From an uncultured Spirochaetota bacterium (GTDB taxonomy: Bacteria > Spirochaetota > Spirochaetia > SZUA-6 > Fen-1364), in the NCBI GenBank assembly GCA_963734545.1, contig CAVTHO010000009.1, positions 244,151-308,150 on the forward strand: 64,000 nucleotides of DNA, read 5' to 3'. The notes beneath the pieces are model-generated. The model ran no database searches. It worked only from the letters and a program-made list of their open reading frames with translations, and was not told where the DNA came from. Shown one piece after another: positions 30,178-37,226 of the stretch (position 1 is the first letter of the stretch; each line of letters opens with the position of its first letter). Position numbers and translations under genes: made by a program.

Positions 30178-30206
30178 ACTCTACCAGCCCGACCGCCCGT
30201 TGTCAA
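30178..30206 (-). promoter_or_regulatory. sigma70-type promoter TTGACA-N17-TAGAGT reading into the isomerase remnant/fucU/sorC genes
   Basis: Minus strand: TTGACA (plus 30201-30206), 17-nt spacer, TAGAGT (plus 30178-30183). Confidence 0.5.
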
Positions 30207-30358
30207 GAAGAATCGCATCGCTGTATCCAGCGGGGTACGGCGAGACGCTGCGGCCCATTGACAGGAGGCGGAAAATAGTCTTGTGATATGATCTCTTGCA
30301 TAAACATGCACGCGATGTGGATCGGGGGCGCACTGCCAGGTGCGAAAAGGAGAGCCAT

Positions 30359-32323
30359 ATGCTGGAACTGAGAAAAGGCGCTGACATCCTGGCCGAAGGA
30401 GGAGGCGTCAGGACTCTCGTGGACGCCGAGGCGGTCTTTGCGCGCGCGCTGGATTCGGCCGGCCGCGAGAAGCTCCAGGCAATCCACACCCCGGACGCCC
30501 TTCTGCGCATCGCGAATGCCATTGCCCTGTGCGCCCCCGCGAAGGTCTTCGTGATAAGCGGCTCACGCGAGGACGCGGCTGAATGCCGCCGCATGAGCCT
30601 GGACGGCGGCGAGGAGTGCCCCCTCGCCATGGAAGGACCACACCCTCCACTTCGACCTCCCCGAGGACCAGGGGAGAATGGTGGACCAGACCTACTACAT
30701 CGCCAACGAGGACGAGGAGGTCAGCGTCCTGGCGAAGAAGATGCTCGCGCGCCGAGGCGCTCGCCTACATCCGCGAGCACCATGGGCGGCATCATGAAGG
30801 GCAGGACCATGCTCATCGGGTTCTACAACCGCGGGCCCATCGGCGCCCAGGCGGCCATCCCCGGGCTCATGATCTCCAGCTCCGCCTACGTCCTGCACAG
30901 CGCGAACATCCTCTATCGAAACGTGTTCGACGCAGTTCGACGCGGAGGCGGCGCGCGCGGGGGTGTTCTTCACGAACGTGCACAGCCAGGGAACCAACAG
31001 GTCGGAGGACATTCCCCGGGCGCGCATCTTCATGGACAGGAGCTGGTTCACGACCTTCAGCATGTACTGCACCTACGCCGGCAACACCCTGATGCTCAAG
31101 AAGGGAAACCACCGGTTCGCGGTGGACCTCTGCACCTACTACCGGCGGGAGAAAGAGCTTTCCGAGCACATGTTCATCACGGGGCTGACGGGCCCGAACG
31201 GGAGGAAGACCTTCTTCGCCGGCGCGGCGCCCTCCGGCTGCGGCAAGACCACCACCGCCATGGTCGGCACGGACTACATCGGCGACGACCTTGCGCAGAT
31301 GTGGATCGCGGCGGACGGCACGCTGCGCGCGGTGAATCCCGAGTGCGGCATCTTCGGGATCGTCGAGGACCTCAACAAGGAGGGCGACCCGTACCTCTAC
31401 AAGTGCCTGCGGGAGCCGGGCACGGAGGTGATCTGGTCCAACGTGCTGGTGGACGAGCAGAACGTTCCGCACTGGACGGGCAGCGGCGAGACTCCTCCGG
31501 CGAAAGGGCGAAACTTCCAGGGCGACTGGTGGCCGGGAAAGACGGACAAGAACGGGCAAGCCGGTGCCCATCTCCAACGCCAACGCCCGCATCACGCTCT
31601 CCAACGAGGCAATCGGCAACTACAACCGCGTGATCGCCTCGGATCCCGCCGGGGTGCCCATCAGCGTCATCACCTACAGCGGCCGGGACAGCGACACGAT
31701 GCCTCCGGTGTGGGTGGCGAAGAATCCCGACCACGGCGTGGTCATCGGCGCGTCGATCCTCTCCGCGGCAACGGCAACGGAGGTCGGCGCCAAGGGGGTC
31801 AACCGGCAGCCGTGGGCCAATTCCCCGTTCATCCCCTGCCCTCTCGGGGACTACATGGAGGCGCAGTTCCTCTTCTTCAACTCGAAGAAGTTCTCCGTCG
31901 AAGGGACGACCCCTCATCGCGGGGCTCAACTATTTCCTGCTCGACTGCGCGCGCGGCGGTGACCTGAACAAGCTCCTGGGCGAAAAGCGCGACGTGAGGG
32001 CGTGGCTGTCGTGGCTGGACAGGTACGCGCACGGAGAGGTGAAGGGAATCGAGACACCCATCGGCTTCATACCGCGCTACGAGGATCTGGAAACAGCTCT
32101 TCCGGGAGCAGATCGGCGAAGGAGTACCCGAAGACGCTCTACGAGAAGCAATTCTCCTTCTACGTCGACAACATCCTCGCCCGCATCCAGCTCCAGGAGG
32201 ATGCCTACCGCAAGGAAAAGAAGATGCCCGCGCAGGATCTTCGAGGTCTACGAGGAGCAGAAGAAGGGACTATTGGCGCTGAAGGAGAAGTTCGGCCCCG
32301 TCGTGAAGCCGGACCAGCTGTAG
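30359..32323 (+). CDS. pckG: phosphoenolpyruvate carboxykinase (GTP); about nine +1 frame changes
   Basis: ATG 30359 follows AAAAGGAGAG. VFVISGSREDAAE, HTLHFDLPEDQGR, MLIGFYNRGPIG, P-loop FFAGAAPSGCGKTTTAM, YIGDDLAQMW, NPECGIFGI, VITYSGRDSDTMPPV, PLIAGLNYFL, RAWLSWLDRYAHGE. The pieces lie in ORFs 30296, 30583, 30963, 31564, 31994 and 32002, and in two unlisted frames. Confidence 0.9.
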
Positions 32324-32481
32324 CCATGGACGGCGAAGTCGGCCGAGGCCAGGGACTCCCGGCGCGCCTTCCGCTCCTGGCGGAGTTGCGCGCCTGCCGC
32401 CCTACGGATGGCCGAAAGGCCGACTGCCAGCGTACCGGCTGCGATTGCCGGAATCGCCGGTTTCGGATTTAATAGCAACCA

Positions 32482-33430
32482 GTGGAGCAGATCTCGAACG
32501 AGATCCGCGTCACCTACTCCGACAAAGAGATCGGCGGGCTGCTCAACGGCATCGGCAACGAGCAGCGCCCCTTCAGCCGCCACTTCAGCCAGAGCGAGGA
32601 CTTCTTCCTGCTCCTGGAGGGCGAGTACACGGTCCCCCACCTGCCGATCCATCACGACGTGCGCCTGCACCAGCCGAGCGCCGAATACCTGGCGGCCCTG
32701 AAGCAGGTGATGGAGCAGGTGGCGCGGCTTGCGCCGCAGGTTCTGAAGGATCTCTCCTACTTCTTCGACCCCGCCGAGATCCTCCGCCCCTGCTTCTACC
32801 GCGTCTACCATGTCGAAGAGCAGCTGGTACCTCTACCTTCTTCGCATCGACCTCATGATGAGAGCCGCGGAAAGCACCGTGATCGAGCGGGGCACCAACG
32901 ACCTGACCCCGCTCTACAAGTCCCGCAGGCTCTTCCTGGAGACGACGGTCCTTCCGCTGTCGGAGGTGGCGCGCCAGGACGGCGCCGCGAAATCGTTTCA
33001 CATCAGGCAGACCATCTCCCAGACATGGATCGGGGAGCAGGGGCGGGGCTACTTTCGAGCAGGGCATCTGGATGGACGCCGACCTCACGAAGTTCTTCAG
33101 CAAGCTCTTCCTGCCCGCCGGCAAGAAGACCTACCCGTACTATCCGTACCTGTGCAAGTACAAGACGGTCTGCCAGTCGCCTGATCGCCCTCGCTCCCGA
33201 GGGCCGCGCCTGCCGCGATTCCCGGCCTGCACCGCTCGCTGAAGTTTCTGCTTCCCGCAATGGACCGCATCCAGGCGGAGATGAAGAACGCGAGCTTTTC
33301 CGAGGATATGCCGTTCTTCCAGGAGCTGAAGGGCAAGATCCCTCCCGCATGGTACGACCTGTGGAAGGACATCCGCGTGGAAGCCTACCTGAACGACTCG
33401 GAGATGAGAGAGTTCCGCATTGAAGGCTGA
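32482..33430 (+). CDS. hypothetical protein, no recognised family; about four +1 frame changes
   Basis: MEQISNEIRVTYSDKEIGGLLNGIGNEQRPFSRHF... (ORF 32482), then WYLYLLRIDLMMRAAESTVIERGTNDL... (ORF 32810), then EQGIWMDADLTKFFSKLFLPAGKKTYPYYPYLCKYKTV, then ...LKFLLPAMDRIQAEMKNASFSEDMPFFQELKGKIPPAWYDLWKDIRVEAYLNDSEMREFRIEG*, ending at TGA 33428-33430. Confidence 0.45.
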
Positions 33431-34871
33431 TCTATCCGCCATCTCCGGCATGCAGGTGACTGTCATGGGGCTGGGCATCCACGGCGGCGGGCTGGCCTCC
33501 GCGCTCTTCTTCGCCCGGCGCGGCGCCCGGGTGACCGTGACCGACCTGCGCTCCGCGGGAGGTCCTCCGGGAGCCGATCGAGCAGCTTCGCGAGTTTCCC
33601 ATCCGCTATGTCCTGGAAAGGCACGACGAGGCGGATTTCACAGGGGCCGACCTGGTGATAAAGAACCCCGCCGTCCCCCCTCATCCCCCTACCTCCAGGT
33701 GGCGCTGGAGCAGGCGTGGCCGTCGAGACGGACCTCTCCGTGTTTCTGTCCCTTGTCGAAAAATCCCGTTCTCGCCGTGACCGGCTCAAAGGGCAAGTCC
33801 ACGACCGCGTCGGCCATCGCCTTCGGCCTGGCGCGCCGTGTTCCCCGAGGCACGGCTCGGCGGCAACATCACCGTTTCACCTCTCACCTTCCTGGACGAG
33901 CTGGCCCCCGGCGCCCCTGTGGTGCTGGAGCTTTCATCCTGGCAGCTCGGGGACCTGAAAGGCCGCGGGCTTCTCACCCCGGCCGTTTCCGCCTTCACCG
34001 TCATCCTGCCCGACCACCTGGACAAGTACGCCGGGCATGGATGAATACGTGGCGGACAAAAAGGCGATATTCCAGGAGCAGGGACCGGCGCAGAACGCGA
34101 TATTCAATCTCGACGACCCCTGGCAGCAGGACTTCCCCGCGCGAGACCCGGGCGCGCCCCTTCTTCTACTCTGCGCGCCCGCTGACCGGAGGGAGGTGCG
34201 GCGCGTGGCTCGAAGAGGCCGGCGGCCGAAGCCGGCTGGCACCCGGCGGCGCGGAGGAAGCCATCCTCGGTGACAGCCGCCTCCCCGGGGCTCACAACAG
34301 GATGAATCTCCTGTGCGCCGGGCTGGCGCTGCGCCTTTTCGGCGTTACGGCCGGCGCCGTGCGCGCGGCGCTTGCGGAGTTCCCCGGAGTGGAGCACCGG
34401 CTGGAAATGTTCAGGGAGTGGGAAGGGATCCGGTTCTACAATGATTCCGCCGCGACCATCCCCCACGCCACCGTTCAGGCGCTGAAGGCGCTCCCGGACC
34501 CGATCGTCCTCATCACCGGCGGCACGGACAAGAACATCGACTTCAGCCCGCTCGCGGAAACGGCGCGGCTTCCCCGGGCCATCGTGCTGCTGGCGGGAAC
34601 GGGGACAGAGAAAATCCGCGGCGTGCTCGACGCGCAACAGGTGAGTTATGAAGGCCCGTTCGGGAGCCTGCGTGAAGCGCTCGATGTGGGCATCATGCGC
34701 GCGCGCGGCGCGATGACGGACCGGGGCGTCTCGATACTCTTCTCCCCCGGGTGCACGTCCTTCGGGATGTTCCTGAACGAGTTCGACAGGGGAAGGAAGT
34801 TCAAGGAAACAGTGACGGCCCGGATTTCTACAGGGCCTTCTCCAGAAACAGGGCCCCCGCAATCGGATTGA
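33420..34871 (+). CDS. murD: UDP-N-acetylmuramoyl-L-alanine--D-glutamate ligase; about nine frame changes
   Basis: VTVMGLGIHGGGLASALFFARRGARVTVTD, P-loop LAVTGSKGKSTT, VLELSSWQL, ILPDHLD, LPGAHNRMN, FPGVEHRLE, FYNDSAAT, ITGGTDK, LFSPGCTSFGMF. The pieces lie in ORFs 33420, 33716, 33838 and 34037. Confidence 0.85.
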   Translation: MKADLSAISGMQVTVMGLGIHGGGLASALFFARRGARVTVTDLRSAGGPPGADRAASRVSHPLCPGKARRGGFHRGRPGDKEPRRPPSSPYLQVALEQAWPSRRTSPCFCPLSKNPVLAVTGSKGKSTTASAIAFGLARRVPRGTARRQHHRFTSHLPGRAGPRRPCGAGAFILAARGPERPRASHPGRFRLHRHPARPPGQVRRAWMNTWRTKRRYSRSRDRRRTRYSISTTPGSRTSPRETRARPFFYSARPLTGGRCGAWLEEAGGRSRLAPGGAEEAILGDSRLPGAHNRMNLLCAGLALRLFGVTAGAVRAALAEFPGVEHRLEMFREWEGIRFYNDSAATIPHATVQALKALPDPIVLITGGTDKNIDFSPLAETARLPRAIVLLAGTGTEKIRGVLDAQQVSYEGPFGSLREALDVGIMRARGAMTDRGVSILFSPGCTSFGMFLNEFDRGRKFKETVTARISTGPSPETGPPQSD

Positions 34872-35877
34872 AGATGTACGGCGCGATTTCCTGAAATCCG
34901 AACGATTTGTACAGGGCAACCGCGCTCTTCATGGAAGGGAGCGTGTCCAGACGCATGGAAGTGTACCCGCGGGCCCGGGCTTCCTCGATGAGCCTGATGA
35001 TGAGCGCGCGCCCTATCCCCAGGCCGCGTGCGGCAGGCCTGACATAGAGCCTCTTCATTTCGCAGGTGCGCGCGTCGATCTTCCTCAAAGCCACGCAGCC
35101 GCACGGCTCTCCCCGGTTGCGGGCAAGAATCATCACGCCATCCGGCTGCGCGTATTTCCCCGGCAAGCCTTCCAGCTCGGCATTGAAATCCTGGAATGAC
35201 AGGTCGATCCCTATCGAGGCGGCGTATTCCTTGAAAAGCGCTCTCATGAGCGGCATCTCCGCGGAGGTGGGGACGCTGTAGAGGACCGTGCTCTGAGGGC
35301 CGGCTCCGGCCTTCTTTCTCTTCACAAGGACTTTTCGGTAGTCCCATTCCACCACGAGAAACTGGCCGGCGGACAAGCCGGACTTCAACGCGGCACTGAG
35401 CCACCCCGCCTGGGCATCTCCGATTTCATCCTTCGAGGAGGAGCACTTCATCTCCACGAACACCACCGCCCTGTTCGCCCACAGGATGACGTCCCAGCAT
35501 CCGGCCTTGCTGTTGTTGTTGTTCGCGGCGATGCGCGAGATCAACTGGTTGATGTACGTGTTGAGCGACGCCCCCTTGCTCTGGTTGGGCATCTTGTCGA
35601 AGTATTTTCGATGGTGCGCATCCGCCCAGACCCCCTCCCAGCCGTTCTTCCGAAAGAGCGTGAGCAGGGCAAACTCCGCGAACATGGCCTGCTTGTCCAT
35701 CATCACGAGCGGCTTGTTCGACCAGGATTTGTCCAGCCCGACACCGGGCCGATCGGGACAGGAATTGAAGTCGACGTGATACCCGTGGACGGTCACCTGC
35801 CTCCTTTTTTCCAGGTCGAAGGGAACGTCGGCGGTCGGGACGAGCTCCACGGGCAGAGGGGGGTAGGTGCTGATCAT
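34828..35877 (-). CDS. fusion protein: N-terminal VRR-NUC-like (PD-(D/E)xK) nuclease domain + C-terminal GNAT N-acetyltransferase
   Basis: N-terminal half: FAEFALLTLFRKNGWEGVW ... GCWDVILWANRAVVFVEMKCSSSKDEIGDAQAGWLSAALKSG (E...D...ExK...Q pattern). C-terminal half: CGCVALRKID...CEMKRLYVRPAARGLGIGRALI (GNAT motif A R/Q-x-x-G-x-G/A) ...LYKSFGF. Intact 349-aa ORF. Confidence 0.6.
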   Translation of the reverse strand: MISTYPPLPVELVPTADVPFDLEKRRQVTVHGYHVDFNSCPDRPGVGLDKSWSNKPLVMMDKQAMFAEFALLTLFRKNGWEGVWADAHHRKYFDKMPNQSKGASLNTYINQLISRIAANNNNSKAGCWDVILWANRAVVFVEMKCSSSKDEIGDAQAGWLSAALKSGLSAGQFLVVEWDYRKVLVKRKKAGAGPQSTVLYSVPTSAEMPLMRALFKEYAASIGIDLSFQDFNAELEGLPGKYAQPDGVMILARNRGEPCGCVALRKIDARTCEMKRLYVRPAARGLGIGRALIIRLIEEARARGYTSMRLDTLPSMKSAVALYKSFGFQEIAPYIFNPIAGALFLEKAL

Positions 35878-35901
35878 GCTGTCGCCGTCACCGAGAATAG
35901 G

Positions 35902-36371
35902 TCAGTTCGCGCGCTCAATCAAGTGAGAGCCCGTCTTCTGCGCCCGCGCGCGCGCAAATTGCACGTAGGGCACGATCACGTCATTCATGTACCGCCCGGT
36001 GCCGTCGTAGGTGATGCTCACGACGGGCACCCCGGTGAGCCTCTCGATGTCGCTCGCCATGGCCTCGGTGACCATGGACGGGCAGCAGAACCCCGGACTG
36101 GTCTGCACGAAGAGGGCCAGCTCGGGGTGGAGTTTGTCCGGGCGCCGCGGTAGTTTCCCTCTCGATCGAATCGGATGAGCCCGAACTTCTCGCCTCCCAC
36201 GAAAATGATGGACTTGACCGAAGGAGAAAAACGGCGGCACGCGGCGATCAGCGACACCCGGGTGTCAAAGGCAGCCGCGCCCCGCATGAGCAGCGGGCTT
36301 GCCGAAGTAAAGCCTATGCCCGAAAGGGGGACGGGGCCGATGTCGACCCCGAGGAACCCTGGATCGAGCAT
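35902..36371 (-). pseudogene. short frame-broken ORF; resembles the C-terminal part of CoA-enzyme-activase-associated (DUF2229-type) proteins
   Basis: ORF 36018..36371 (…KSIIFVGGEKFGLIRFDREGNY) continues in ORF 35902..36240 (…PDKLHPELALFVQTSPGFCCPSMVTEAMASDIERLTGVPVVSITYDGTG…). It is only ~155 aa. The family assignment is tentative. Confidence 0.3.
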
Positions 36372-36461
36372 AGGCTGCCATAGTACTCGGATTTGAGGAA
36401 AGTCAACTGGTCCGGCAGCGCGCCCGGGCGTGCGCCGCCGGTTCTCAAGCTGAGATCAGGA

Positions 36462-37040
36462 TCAATAGTTCTCCGCGAGGACCTCGTAGAAGGATTGCGG
36501 ATGCCTGCAGGCAGGGCATTCCTTCGGCGGTTCGGTTCCCTCGAAGACATACCCGCAGTTGATGCAGTGCCACTTGACCGCGGTCTTTCTCTTGAATGTC
36601 TCCCCGCTGACGACATTGTCCACGAGCTTGCGATAGCGCGCCTCGTGGAATCTCTCCGCCTTTGCGATCTGTTCGAATGAGCGCGCCACTTCCGGAAATC
36701 CTTCTTCCCGGGCGATCTTGCCGAACTCGGGATACAGGGTCGTCCACTCCATCTTCTCACCGGCCGCGGCGGCTTCGAGGTTCGACTTCGTGTCCTTGAT
36801 GGCGCCGGCCGGGTACGTCGCGGTGATCTCGAGATCACCGCCCTCGAGGTGGCTGAAATACACTTTTGCGTGCTCTCTCTCGTTGTCCGCGGTCTCCTGG
36901 AAGATGTTCGCAATCTGCTGGAAGTTCTCCTTGCGGGCCGCGCTGGCAAAGTAGGTGTACCTGTTCCTCGCCTGTGACTCTCCCGCGAACGCCTTCAACA
37001 AATTTTGCTCGGTCTTCGATCCTTTGATTGATTTCGCCAT
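36462..37040 (-). CDS. rbr: rubrerythrin
   Basis: MAKSIKGSKTEQNLLKAFAGESQARNRY, ADNEREHAKV, GEKMEW, KAERFHEARY (diiron ExxH sites), and a C-terminal rubredoxin-like CINCG...CPAC. ATG 37040 follows GGGAGGA. Confidence 0.9.
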   Translation of the reverse strand: MAKSIKGSKTEQNLLKAFAGESQARNRYTYFASAARKENFQQIANIFQETADNEREHAKVYFSHLEGGDLEITATYPAGAIKDTKSNLEAAAAGEKMEWTTLYPEFGKIAREEGFPEVARSFEQIAKAERFHEARYRKLVDNVVSGETFKRKTAVKWHCINCGYVFEGTEPPKECPACRHPQSFYEVLAENY

Positions 37041-37064
37041 TCTGGTCCTCCCTGGGGTTTCCTC

Positions 37065-37094
37065 ATGATAGCCGATGCGAGGATCTCCTGTCAA
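37065..37094 (-). promoter_or_regulatory. sigma70-type promoter TTGACA-N18-TATCAT
   Basis: Minus strand: TTGACA (plus 37089-37094), TATCAT (plus 37065-37070), upstream of rbr. Confidence 0.5.
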
Positions 37095-37226
37095 CGAAAA
37101 CGATGTGGGAAACACGCTCCGCAACGCGTCTTCCAGGCCTGGAACACGGCTCCGGCTTGACCAGCCGCGGTTTTTCGGGGTATTCCTTCAACGTACGAAT
37201 CGTACGCAATCAGAGGAGAAAAGCGA

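Noticed and set aside
30359-34871. Programmed ribosomal frameshifting or genuine pseudogenes as the explanation for the multiply broken pckG, murD and other genes
   Set aside because: Nine consecutive +1 shifts per gene, no slippery-site pattern, essential genes affected and whole multi-gene blocks involved all fit consensus insertion errors better. Not fully excluded; see the frameshift finding.
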